A stretch of DNA of 64,000 nucleotides from the NCBI GenBank assembly GCA_951406725.2, contig OX597820.1, forward strand, positions 48,174,001 through 48,238,000, read 5' to 3'. Below are positions 1-14,127 of the stretch, piece after piece. This stretch comes from Octopus vulgaris (lineage: Eukaryota). Position 1 is the stretch's first letter, and the number at the start of each line of letters is the position of its first letter. The position numbers and the translations under genes were made by a program. Below the pieces are notes generated by a model. That model ran no database searches, was not told where the DNA came from, and worked only from the letters and a program-made list of their open reading frames with translations.

Positions 1-314
1 CATTGTGCACTCGCCAGCGAAACTCAGAGGAATATGAGACTAACTGGAACATTGCTTCCTTCGTTTACTCGTTCTTCTTATTCTCTTTCTGTGGATTACT
101 CTTTCTCTCAACACTCAACTTATACAAACACACACACGCACGCATAAGAAAAGTGGAAATCAGAAAGAACTAATAGAATTTTATTTTGACTTTAGAAGAA
201 TTTCGAAGAATTAATGTAAATGGAAAGAAACTGACAAAGATAGAAGAAAACCGAACACAGTTGTGGTTACTAAACATTCTTTTACGTCACTTCCAGTATT
301 TCTATAACAATGAC

Positions 315-1160
315 TGTGAGGCTAACAATAGGATAACCAAACAATGAAAGGAAACTGACATTAGGAGAAGTAAACAAAGTGAGATGCTAAAAAGTGGAAA
401 ATAACATCAGAAACCAATAAGTTTGGAAGTAAACAAGTTAAATGCTAATATTGTTAGTGCTTAATAATGTGTGAGACGAATCATGTTATTCTCTACGAGA
501 GTTAGAATCTCACATTATCAGTATCTTATAATGTGACAGGTTAACTATGGCCGTATGCAATAAGCTCGTCTCATGATCGTAGGGTCTTGAGTTCGTTTCT
601 TGAGCAAGATACTTTATTTTCACATTGATCCAGTTCACTCAACTGGCAAAAGTGATTTGTACCTGTATTTCAATGGACCAACATTTCTATATGTGGGCTG
701 TCACGCTGGTTCTCCCTGAGAACTACCTTAAGCGTACTTGTGTCTGTGGAGTGCTCAGCCACATGCACGTTAATTTTACGAGCAGGGTTTCCTGTTGGTC
801 GAATCAAGTGGTACACCTGTTGTCGTGACCGACGAAGATCCCGGCCATGTAATAAGTTGAGAAGCTAAAAGTATTAGCGACTAATAATGGGAGAAGATAA
901 CAACGCCCGTTTCTTATAGGGGGACGCACTAATAATATAATCATCTATTAATGTGAGGGGGTAACAATGTCAGCTTGAGAGGTTAAAGTAATAATATGAG
1001 AGGCAAACAGTTTCACTGTCCAAGAATGTGAGAGACTAACAATGTCAGTGTGTTAGGCTGAGAGCAATAATGTGGGAGGCCTGCAAGGTCATTTTAAAAT
1101 AAATGCGATGGGTTAACAATGTGAGGGAGCAATAATATGAGAGGCTAACATGGTCAGAGT
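315..1160 (+). repeat. Highly degenerate minisatellite, unit approximately ACAATGTGAGAGGCTA; resumes at ~3930-4175
   Basis: Recurring variants such as aatgtgagagactaacaatgtcag (~1025), atatgagaggctaac (~1135), atgtgagggggtaacaatgtcag (~951) and caatgtgagaagttaa (~4062). Confidence 0.6.
545..835 (+). mobile_element. Degenerate tRNA-derived SINE with a CORE-like central segment
   Basis: gagttcg B-box remnant followed by ttgagcaagatactttattttcacattgatccagttcactcaactg; the same segment occurs inverted at ~25795-25840. Confidence 0.6.
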
Positions 1161-3790
1161 TAAAAAAAACATTTTTTGTCATGCTATTTAAACTTTTTCA
1201 GCTGAGTTAAGGTAATTTTAGGGTGCTAAATCCAAATCTGACGTAAGTTTTTAGACAGTACGTGTAGTTTTTTTTAGTTATTCACAGCATCAGATTTTCC
1301 AACCAATTGATAATATTGACGAAGTAGTAGGCTATTTGCTTTCGATTTTCATTCATATACTCATCACCGAAATAAAAATAAGTGCTGATAGAGGGAAATG
1401 TAGGCTACCTGTTAAATTGCCACACAAAATGAAAATTCATTTTACTTTGCCATTGCTGTAATTATAGTAGTAGGTTATAGTAAGCCACTCAGACTTGTTT
1501 TCTTGTTAACTGCAATTGCTGTTAAAACAAAGTACATCAAGTAAGAGAGTCAGTTTATATGAAAAGTAGCTTAGTAGTAAGTTTAGCTGTTTATTAAAGT
1601 GATCAATGTTTGAAATTTAGAGATGGAAAAAAATTGTTTCGTGATAGCTATAGCCTCAGTACATTCTACAATAATTTCAATGATTGTTTTTGAGAAATAT
1701 ATTTTGATGTTTAACAGTAACATTTACACCTGATTAATTTTATATTTTAGTTTACTGATAGGCTTCCTTGAGTGTTGATTTAGGTTATCACTGTATGTAT
1801 TTATGATGAGCAGAAAAGTTTGAGTTAATCACCCGGACAATTTTTGTTACGTGTGTGGAAAATTTGCGCCAAAAGAAATATGATTACAAAGAAATTTTAA
1901 AATGCTTACAAGCTTTAATTTGGGTGCAAAGTTAGGGACCAAGATAAACTGTAGGTGCCTCACTTTTGTTGTAAAAACTGCTACATAGCCTAACCCGATG
2001 GCTGAATGGTAAACGGAAAAGTATGTAATTTGCAGTGCCAATGATATGGTGCGAACCAACAAACCACTGTACCGATCGTTATTTCTGCTTAACTAACGTC
2101 ACAAGTTTCTCTAAGAAGAACAAATCCAAGACTGTTCATCCAAATTGCCCTTTAGCTTTAAAACCAGTTGCTCATGCTGCTTAAAATATTCCAGTTCCAG
2201 AATCTCCTTCAACTTTTGAAAATGTAGTTTAAGTGAAGAAAGTACTGAATCTACTTCAGCTGAAGGCGTGCCGATTTTACAGCTGATCACTGTGATGAAC
2301 CAGGATCTTCAAAAAGAGTTCCTCATTTATTAAGTCAACTTGAGTTAAATGATTTAGTTAGAGACTCGGGTTTAACAAAAGGAATGTCAGAACTACTGGA
2401 CTCCAGGTTGAAACAATGGAATCTTTTACACGATGGTGTAAAATGATCGTATTTTCGATAACGGCATACAGACTTGCATGAACTTTTTACGGAGAAAGTT
2501 GGTATTTGTTTTTGTTGTGATGTTGAAGAACTCCTACGTGAGATGGGGTTCGGCCATAATCCTGAAAAATGGAGACTCTTCATAGATTCCAGCAAAGCAA
2601 GCCTAAAAGCTGTTTTGCAACATAATGGCAATCAAAAACCGTCAATACCACTAGCACATGCTGTAGGATTAAAGGAAACTTATGAATCAACGGATAAAGT
2701 TCTGCACTTAAATATTCTGAGCACAAGTGGAATATATGCGGGGACTTCAAAGTTATTGGTTTGCTTCTTGGCTTGCAAATAGGGTATACAAAGCATCAGT
2801 GCTTTTTGTGTCTTTGAAACAGCAGAGAGGACAAGCATCACTATGATCAAAAAGAGTGGCCAAAGAGAAGTGATTTCACTCCAGGGAGATACAACGTTAA
2901 ATATATCCCTTTAGTTGAGCTCAGAAAATTTACCTTCCTCTCTTACACATTAAACTTGGCTTGTTTAAGAATTTTGTTAAGGACATGAATGAAAACGGTG
3001 AAGGAGTCAAATAACTCAGTGAAAAATTTGTTCCTAAAATGTTTTTAATGGACCAGGAATTCGCATCCTAATTTGTGATGAGCGTTTTCAAAAAAGCTTA
3101 AGCTCAGTAGAGAAAACTGCTTAGGAAAATTTTGTTTCTCTTGTAAAAATGTTTTTGGGAAATGAAAAATCATTTAACTACGTTGCAATTGTGAATGATT
3201 TTTTGAAAGCTTATAAGCAGCTTGGGGCAAGAATGTCTCTAAAAATACATTTTCTCCAATATCATCTCGACTTTTTTCAACTCAGTATGAGTGATGTAAG
3301 CGATGAGCAGGATGAACGCTTTCATCAAGAAATCAAAGAGCTAGAAAACCGCTACAGTGGTACACTGAAACCAAACCTGCTGACAGACTACTGCTGGTTA
3401 TTTAAATGTTTAGAAAAGGATATGTATCATAAACGTAAAAGGAGACACCAAAGCTATTTTTGAAAAACATCAAATTAATAATATTGACTTTACGAAAAAC
3501 ATAAAATTAATAATATTCACTTTACACTTATGTTTTATTGGTTTTAGAACTACTTGTCCACCTAGTTGCTATTGTTCTCATACCAAATAACGGTAATTTA
3601 CGCTTCATATAACATTCATTTTATTTGTCATTTAATTTTTACATTATTGAAATTTTGATAGCATTATAATAATGATAGCATGAAAATGTGACGTGCTAAA
3701 GCAAAAATGATTGCAGATACGGAATCAACGATCCCAAATTACCTATGAGCAACATTTCGTCTAACAGTAACAAAATTTTGTTGCCTAGTG
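1160..3790 (+). mobile_element. Decayed cut-and-paste DNA transposon, IS630-Tc1-mariner related (m44-like group)
   Basis: Right end ...caaaattttgttgcctagtg|TA at 3790. Its reverse complement (ggtaatttgggatcgttgattccgtatctg) matches the left region imperfectly (ggtaattttagggtgctaaatccaaatctg, ~1211-1240). The outermost left TIR is lost. The family assignment is from memory of protein motifs. Confidence 0.7.
1803..3463 (+). pseudogene. Transposase pseudogene with multiple stops and frameshifts
   Basis: Motifs in order: NHPDNFCYVCG (Zn-finger-like), WRLFIDSSKASLKAVLQHNGN, CGDFKVI..LLG, LHIKLGL, MSLKIHFL, SDEQDERFHQEIK, DYCW. ORF pieces are 2474-2782 and 3149-3463. Confidence 0.8.
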
Positions 3791-6602
3791 TAGTTAGACG
3801 CCATAATAATTTCTGTGTGTCAGAATGGGATAAGCAACAATCGAAGTATGTAATATTATTTCAACTAGCAACAGCTATGCCTCGCATAACCCTTATCAGT
3901 TTGGCAAAGACTGGCAGAGGTGACCAGCTAAAAATGTCACAATGTAATACAGTGTAAAAAGCAACAATGTAGATGGTTAGTAATATATCATCCTAACAAC
4001 ATTAGAGGTCGACATTTTGTGATGCTAAACAATGTAAGAATCTATTGATGTCAGAGGCGAGCAATGTGAGAAGTTAATAAATTTGGAGAGTAAACATGTA
4101 GGAAGTTTAGAATTTTGTACACTAATAAACTTGGGTGATTGGGCGCATGTTAGGGACCAACGTAGAGGCTAAACATAAACCTTTCACGGCCGAACGAGAA
4201 AGTCTTTGTTTGGTGTTTCGACTTGATAAATGTATTAGTAAAATCTTCATAAAAATCACTCCCTATTGTCTTAAATAATGGGCATATTTGGGGAATTTAT
4301 ATTAGTTTCAAAATATCTGATAAAATTACAAAATAATCCCGAGTAGAACAACACTTATCAAAGGTTGTCCCGATGAAAGTACCAAGATGTCCAAACACAA
4401 CCAATATCACAACGAATATAACACGATCACTGTCTAAAACAAGAATAACTACAGTTACAACAAAAAATTAATAAGGGAGGCTCTATATGATTATTTGATC
4501 TGTTAGAAACAATACAGTTTTATATTTAAGAGATGAGAAATTATGTACATTATTTACATTATTTATAGTATTTACATTTGACGGATATTATATAATATTT
4601 ACATTTGACGAATATTATATAAATAATGTAAATAATGTAAATACTGTTAGAAATAGTCGCCAAATCTCCCTCGATTCATATTATTTTATAACAAGAATGA
4701 ATACATTAGAAAAAAAATCTTTAAAAAGAGTCTGGAACAAACAAAAACAATAACACAAAGCTTTGTAGTAGTTAAGTACGCATGAACAGATTACTTTATG
4801 AACTTATAGTCTTGATTAGCTCATTTGAACTCAACGACTTTGATTATTAACACTCCCTCACAGTGAATTCTAGGGTGTTGCTAAAAACAATATCTTAACT
4901 TACTTTAACAATCCTGGTGCTTTCAATTTGGCAAGAATATATATATACTTCACAGTTATATCGCAGACGGCATTGTGCCAATATCACTAAAATATATATC
5001 AGTGCCAGATTGATATTACAGGGATGGCCATTAACTATCAGCTGTTAGAAACGGTACAGTGCCACACCGAAAGATATACAGCTTTTAATTTATTCCTCTG
5101 GTTTTCATGTTCGCATCTTATTGGAGATTTTAGCTTTTATCCTTGTAGGAGTAAACGGCATTGCTATGCAACAATATTCTGGGCCACACCTATTCTATAA
5201 AATGTCTCCCTCGAAAACAATTGCTTTTCTGTCTTGGAAATAAAAAAAAAGTATTAAAGTTGGATCTCAAAGTAGAATAAAACATATTCTTTATTAGAGC
5301 ATTTAGAATAATTTCTAGATGCTTTACTTTCAAATTATTTAGAGATCAATTTTGGTTTCCCGTCCTCGAGAATAAGCAAAGCAGATATCAATAAAACTTT
5401 GAGGAAGAATAATTCGAGTTTACATCGATATAGCTTTGAACGTAAGTAACAGATTGGGCATTTTATTGTATATTGTAGTTATTACATGGAAACCAGAAGT
5501 GTATTGTTGATAACACTAAAAACAAATGGCATATTTTTAATATTACACGAAAACTCCTTGTATGTTGTTGAAAGTACATAGAAACAAGTGTTCTTTTTTT
5601 GGTGTTGCGCAGTAACTGAGAGTATATTTTGATATTATACAGTATGCTGACTTGTAGGGATCTATCAAATAGCTTTTGCTGCGTGTAGAATAAATCCAGC
5701 TATCAGCCGACTCCGTTGAGAAAATCGTCATGCCTGTTTCCTTTGGCTTGGAAGTTCAGGCAGTTTTTCTCTGTTTGGTACCTATGACGAAAGAGTTTCT
5801 GTGGTGAATGCGATTGAAGGTACTTAAGACAGGCACTTTTCACTTCGGCCAAGCTCTCGTCAACTTTTTGTGGATCCACTTGGTTTAAAGGGTGAGTGAA
5901 TGTAGCAAGGATGACCCGAGCGAGGTTGACTTAGTCTAAACATACGCCTGTAGGCTGGAATTTATGGAGGACATCGATGCATTTACCATGCCGAACCTGG
6001 GCAGTGAAGTGAATGGGGTCTTTGGAGTTTCATAGTCACTCCTGGATGATACTCTCTACTTTTGGAAAATTTCATCGTTGAAACATTTAACTGTTTGATC
6101 GTTTTTATAAAACGCCCTTCTTTTCGTAACGTCCTTTTTGCTTTGTATGCGTCCCTTGTGACAAATAAAGAAATGATATTATACTGCGTTCTTTGGTATA
6201 GAGGCACATAGCATCCAATGAATTTACAGTTTTTGACAGTTATTATTTCATCACCATCAATTACTTGTTGATATTCACTGTACTCTTAAAACAATACATA
6301 ATATGGCCAGTGGTGTTCAATATACATGTGAAATGAATCTGTGCTTCCTTCCATACCGCATTAGCAACATATTAATTTGATAACTGACATAAACAACACG
6401 AATAAACAACTATTCACACATTTGTTATCCTTGTCGTTTTCCATGGGATTAATTAATTAATCAGTGTTTAATGATGTAGGCTAATTCAAGTTAATTAATC
6501 AGTGAAAATTGATATAATTTTTTTCCCTACACAAAATGATATGGCTGCCAGAAACATGAAGTTTCGAATAACATCGACGAAGAAAATAGAGAACGGTCAA
6601 CC

Positions 6603-6880
<278 letters not shown>

Positions 6881-6887
6881 AAATAAG

Positions 6888-7375
6888 TACATTGTTTTGT
6901 CTTGGTATAAAAGATGGGCTACAGCAAATATTCTGCTCAATACCACAGATTTGCTTGTCAGTTGTTTGACCTTAACCAGTTGAGCATGTCCCTTATTGGC
7001 TGACGATATGTACATCTCTGTTCACGAGCAGAAGTAGTGGGGGAGCATCATATCCATGTGTTGAGAGGGATTATTTGGGGTTTGAATAATTCACATATGG
7101 AAACATGGGTAGTTCTTTCAACTTCCTGAAAGAACCCTTATTCAGGGACCTTTTGAGCGGGGTGGGCTACTCAACCTGAAGAAAATTCTAACTGGGCCCC
7201 ACCTGCAAGGTCATGTGCTGTTTATCTTGATATGAGATCACCATGTCGCGCACATATGGTTGTGATGCATGTGCCTGGTGTACCCTTATCAGACGGGTAG
7301 TCATGATGGGTATATTGGGCTTCGTATATTTTACCCCAGTGTCACTTTGATGGCATGCACTGCTCTCTCACTCAA
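6888..7375 (+). mobile_element. ~490-bp non-coding repeat ending in (AAT)n, probably the 3' portion or a non-autonomous partner of an (AAT)n-targeting retroelement (copy 1)
   Basis: Collinear with 11860-12329, from gtacattgttttgtcttggtataaaagat to ctctctcactcaa; flanked by AAT arrays. Confidence 0.75.
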
Positions 7376-7379
7376 TAAA

Positions 7380-7429
<50 letters not shown>

Positions 7430-7598
7430 TAATAATAATAATAATAATGAATTCTTTAACCAACCATTCTCCAACACAATGGAGTGTTGATGGTGGCTGT
7501 GGCTACACATAAAACAAAGTCATTGAACATGATGATGGTGATGGTGATGTTGCTGATGATGGTGATGGTGGTGAAGATGATAGTAATAACAATAATAA

Positions 7599-10500
7599 CT
7601 GACAGATCCCGTCTTTTTCCCTTTCCTTTCGTTTCCTTCTCCGTATTTTATTCTCATTATTTCGAACTAATACAGACACAGTGAGCCTTGAAGAAAGGAA
7701 GAGGAGGAATAGGAAAAAAAAAAAAAAATGTCCGGAGATAAAACTATCAACAAAAAAAATACAGACGAATATAGATCTGCTAGTCTTAAGAAGCGGCGCT
7801 ATGAGCAATGCTTACATGTAGTGAACCCTAAACTGACAGATCCATCTCCTAATATAAGAATGGATGCTCGTCATGCTTCAAGGTCAACAAATCAAACAAT
7901 AAACCGCATTGGTCATTGCGCGGATTACAAAAGACCACGTACCCGAAAATTGAACCAAATCCTGATTGAAAAATCAGTTACTGGATCAAATCTTCCCAAC
8001 ACACAGGAGCTGGACGAACCCCACAACCGGAATATTCCAACAGATGGCCATCCATGCTCATCACCAAATAATCAAAAGAAAAAGAAAGAAAAATGGTCTA
8101 GGGAAGATAATAAAGAAGTTCTTGAGGCCTTCTACCATGCCATATATTTCCCCACAGATAAGTCTAGCATTGTACAAGCATACTTAAACTGGAGACAGAA
8201 ACACCCTGAAGTAAGACCCTACATAGACAGTAACAAGCTTGCCAATGTTAGAAGAAACATTATAAAAAAGAAATTACTGACTGAAGTAGAGATTGATCAG
8301 GTTAGACAAGCAATATCGGATAAAATGAACGAAGCTGCAGCTAGAGAAGATAATACAGAGGAAATGATTATAGACCAGCCCAGGGCGGATAAAAACGAAG
8401 AGAGGATTGAAAGAGTTAGTATAAGTGATAGGCAAAGTGAAATACTCCCTGAACCAATCATAAACACTAAGACAGATGAGCATCAAATAGATAAAGAAAG
8501 TCACACAAATATTGACCCAACAGAACTACATGAGCTAAAAAGTCAAATCATGATTGAATGGCTGAAAATTAAAGAAACCAGCATGGATGAGCGTGATACA
8601 CTTCCTAAAATCCGCAACTCTAACCAAAACATGAAAATAATTGGTAAAATCCGGCTTGCACTTAAGGATATAATTTCAGTTAATGATGTTGATATCACAA
8701 ACCTCAACCACCTATACTATGCATCCGCGAAAATCTCAACGATCCTATGTGGTGTAAAGATTAGAAAACGGCAACAGTCCCACAAAAAGCCTTCTTGGCA
8801 AGAGCGTCTGCAACAACAACTTAAAATATTTAGATCTGACATTGAATATTTGAAAAACCTTAAGGCTCACAAGACTACCAAACCTACAAAAACCCAAAAA
8901 TTACTGAAAAAATACAATATGAAAACTATACTTGATATTGATGCCACCATAGAAACCATCAAACAAAAGGTATCTGCCAAAGCTGCCCGCATAGCGAGGT
9001 ATGAAAAGCGTGTTAGATTTTTCAAGGACAACAACATGTTCAAAAATAACACCAAGAATTTTTACAGGAAGATAGGAAAAACAGCGTTTACTGCAGGGTC
9101 TGCACCATCAAAAGAAGAAGTGCAGAGATTTTGGAATAAAATCTAGGCAGAAGAAAAAACACACAACGAAAAGGCCCCCTGAATTGACAGAATATCTACA
9201 GAACTGGACCCCTTAGAAGAGCAAAAGTGGGAGGGTGTCAAGGTAGAAGATATAAGATCTGCTCTCAGGAGGTCAAGCAAATGGAAGTCTCCAGGAAAGG
9301 ATAAAATTCCTAACTTCTGGCTGAATGCCTTCCCAGAGAGCCATGAACTGCTAACAGAACTGTACAATGATGTTTTGCAACACCCTAGTAGGATGCCTCC
9401 TTGGCCAGTTAATGGGTTAACATTCCTGCTTCCAAAAAGTGAAAAAAGTGAAGAAACAAATGAACCAAAAAACTATAGACCCATAACCTGCTTAACAACT
9501 ATGTACAAAACACTAACATCTGTCCTGACGGAATATACCTATAGTTTTTTTAACAGACAGCAGCATATTCCCTAATGAACAGAAATGATGTAAACGTGGA
9601 TCCTACGGCTGTAAAGACCAACTACTCATCAATAAGATGATCTTAGAAGATTGTCACAAACGACACAAAAACTTATCAATAGCCTGGATAGACTATAAAA
9701 AGGCTTTTGATAGCCTACCACATAGCTGGATTAGGAAATGCCTTGAAATGTATAAGATAGCACCAACTCTGCGAAACTTCTTGACTGTAAGTATGAGATC
9801 ATGGAGAACCACACTAACTCTGAACAGTGACAGTGAATCCCTAAATGCTGGTGATGTAAAAATTTCGTGTGGCATTTTCCAGGGTGACTCACTGTCACAA
9901 CTCCTCTTTTGTTTATCCTTAATACCTCTCTCAAAGCTGCTCAATGACGCGCAGTACGGGTATAAAATGTTTGATAAAAATATAAATCATCTCGTTTACA
10001 TGGATGATTTAAAGCTTTTTGCAAAAAATGATCAACAACTCAAGGGCTTACTAGCGATAGTCAAACAATTCAGTGACGACATCAGAATGCAATTCGGCCT
10101 CGATAAATGTGCAAAGGCTACCTGTATCAAAGGAAAAATGACAGAAACATCTAACGTTAAACTTGACCAACAGAATGTCATAAAAGAACTAGACCCAGCG
10201 GAGAGCTACAAGTACCTAGGGGTAATTGAAGGGAACGGAATAAGGCATTCAGAGATGAAGGAAAGGATCAGGAGAGAATGCTATCGAAGAGTGAGAGCAA
10301 TACGCAAGACAGAGCTGAATGCAAGAAACAGGATCGAAGCGATCAATGCATTAGCTATACCAGTCGTGAGTTACAGTTTCAATATTGTTAACTGGTCAAT
10401 TACTGAAATATGTCAGCTCGACAGAAAAATAAGGAAACTGTTGACAATGCATAGAATGCACCACCCTAAGGCAGATACAGAACGACTCTATCTGCCAAGA

Positions 10501-11790
10501 AAAGAGGGAGGCCGTGGTCTTTTGCAACTGTCAATAACAATGAAGATTGCTACAATTGGCCTAGACACCTACCTGAAAAACTCTGAGGACTGGATGTTAA
10601 AACTTGTCTCAAAACATGAAAACAAGAAAGCATCATACTCAGTAACAAAACAGGCAAAGGAATAGCTAAGTGAATTCCGAATACAACAAATTTCGGAATT
10701 AGAGATAGATATACAAGAAACAAGCACAGAAAAAGCTAGGCGCATGAAAACCCGTGCCATAACTGCGGCCTTAGATATTTTGAATAATAAATGGCAAGAA
10801 AAACCTCTCTATGGCAAATACCCAAAGAGAGCGAATAATGCAGATATCGACAAAGCCGTGACCCATCAATGGCTAATGGCCTCTGGCTTAAAATCTGAAA
10901 CAGAGGGGTTTATCATAGCAGCTCAAGATCAATGCCTACCAACAAGAAACTACCAGGCCAACATATTAAAGATCAGAAGCAGTCCAACGTGTCGTGTATG
11001 CAAGCAACAAAATGAAACCATTGACCATGTGGTCTCCAAGTGCAGTCTTCTAGCGCCTACAGAGTATCTCAACAGGCACGATAGAGCTGCACAATATATT
11101 CACTGGGTAATCTGTAAAAACCTGGATTTGCCCCATGAAAAAAACTGGTGGGAACACAAACCACCCCCAGTGCTTGAAAATGACCACATCTCACTCCTCT
11201 GGAACTTCACCATTCAAACTGACAGGAAGATAGATGCAAATAGGCCAGACATCATATTGAAAGACTTCAAACAAAGAACATGCCTCCTCATTGATATGAC
11301 TGTCCCAATCGATATAAACGTATCTGTCAAGACCTACCAAAAACTGAGCAAATATAAAGATCTTGAAATAGAAATCAGCAAAATGTGGAAGCTGAAGACT
11401 AAAACAATACCTGTTGTCATAGGTGCCCTGGGAATGATAGCAAAAGGGGCTGATAGCTACCTAACTCAGATACCAGGAAACCCCAAAATGGCAGAAGTTC
11501 AAAAGATAGTGCTCATGGGAACTGCTCATATCCTACGCAAAATACTCTCTATGTAATCTCAAGGTTTAAAACAAACATAATTTTCGGTTAAAAAAAAAAA
11601 AAAAAAAAAAAAAAACTTTTTTTTTTAGACATTCATTAGTACAACATCCCCACCCCTCAAATATATGGCACACTAGGCATAACAACAACATGAACTTCCA
11701 ACCCTGTTGTCTCTTGAGGTCTCTGGGTGAGACTTGGAGCCAACTTGTACAAATATAAAGCAAAAGTCAAACATAGAATAATAATAATAA
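7599..11790 (+). mobile_element. Near full-length R4/Dong-clade non-LTR retrotransposon
   Basis: Single-ORF architecture (RT, CCHC knuckle, restriction-like endonuclease); preceded by aataataac; 3' UTR ends caaaagtcaaacatagAATAATAATAATAA. Confidence 0.92.
7728..11556 (+). pseudogene. R4/Dong polyprotein (reverse transcriptase plus REL endonuclease), disrupted
   Basis: [75 protein letters not shown]. Stops at ~9144, ~9180, ~9586 and ~10663; a frameshift near 9545. Confidence 0.93.
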
Positions 11791-12329
11791 ATGCCTTGAT
11801 GCAGTACAAGGCAGTGGTTCTCATGGCCTCTGATCTTAACTGATTGGAAGTGTTATCATGTACATTGTTTTGTCTTGGTATAAAAGATAGGCTACAGCAA
11901 ATATTCTACTCAATGCCACATATGTGCTTGTCATTTGTTTGATCTTAACCATTTGAGCATGTCCCTTAGTGACTGATATGTGCATCACTGATCACGAGCA
12001 AAGGTAGTGGGGGAGCATTGTAGCTTCTTTGGGGTTTGAATAATTAACCTCTGGAAACATAGGAGTTTCGTTCAATATCCTTCAACAACCGTTATTCAGG
12101 CAACTTTTGATCGGGTTGGGCAACTCTACCTGAGGAGAATTTTAACTGGGCTATACCTGAAAGGTCATGCGTTATTAGTCTTGATATTAGATCACCATAT
12201 CGCGCACATATGATTGTGATGCATGTGCCTAGTGTATCCTTATCAGACGGGTAGTCATTGTTGGTACAGTGGGCTTCGTATATTTTACCCCATGGTCATT
12301 TTGATGTCATGTATTGCTCTCCCGCTCAA
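11791..12329 (+). mobile_element. ~540-bp non-coding repeat (copy 2, more diverged)
   Basis: Homologous to 6888-7375 with ~70 extra 5' bases; followed by (GAT)n(AAT)n. Confidence 0.75.
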
Positions 12330-12330
12330 G

Positions 12331-13890
<1,560 letters not shown>

Positions 13891-13892
13891 GA

Positions 13893-14127
13893 CGTAGCTT
13901 GCTTACTAACCACATGGTTTGTGGTTCAGGGACTGCGTGGCACATTGGGCAAATATCTTCTACTATAGTCTCGAACCGACCAATACCTTGTGAGTGGATT
14001 TGGTTGACGGAAACCGAAAGAAACCCGTCATATATATATATATATTTGTGTATCTGTGTTTGTCCCCCCGACATCGCCTGACTACCGATTCTAGTGTGTT
14101 TACGTCCCCGTAACATAGCGGTTTGGC
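13893..14127 (+). mobile_element. SINE family A (tRNA-like head, internal (TA)n), partial
   Basis: gtagcttgcttactaaccacatgg...gggcaaatatcttctactatag...ccccgtaacatagcggt, matching the copies at 25115 and 55835. Confidence 0.85.

Noticed and set aside
6888-12329. LTR-retrotransposon reading, with two ~500-bp direct repeats flanking an RT
   Set aside because: The RT is non-LTR with an REL domain and its own AAT tail. The repeats are diverged, differ at their 5' ends, lack TG...CA termini and a PBS, and are separated from the element by microsatellite.
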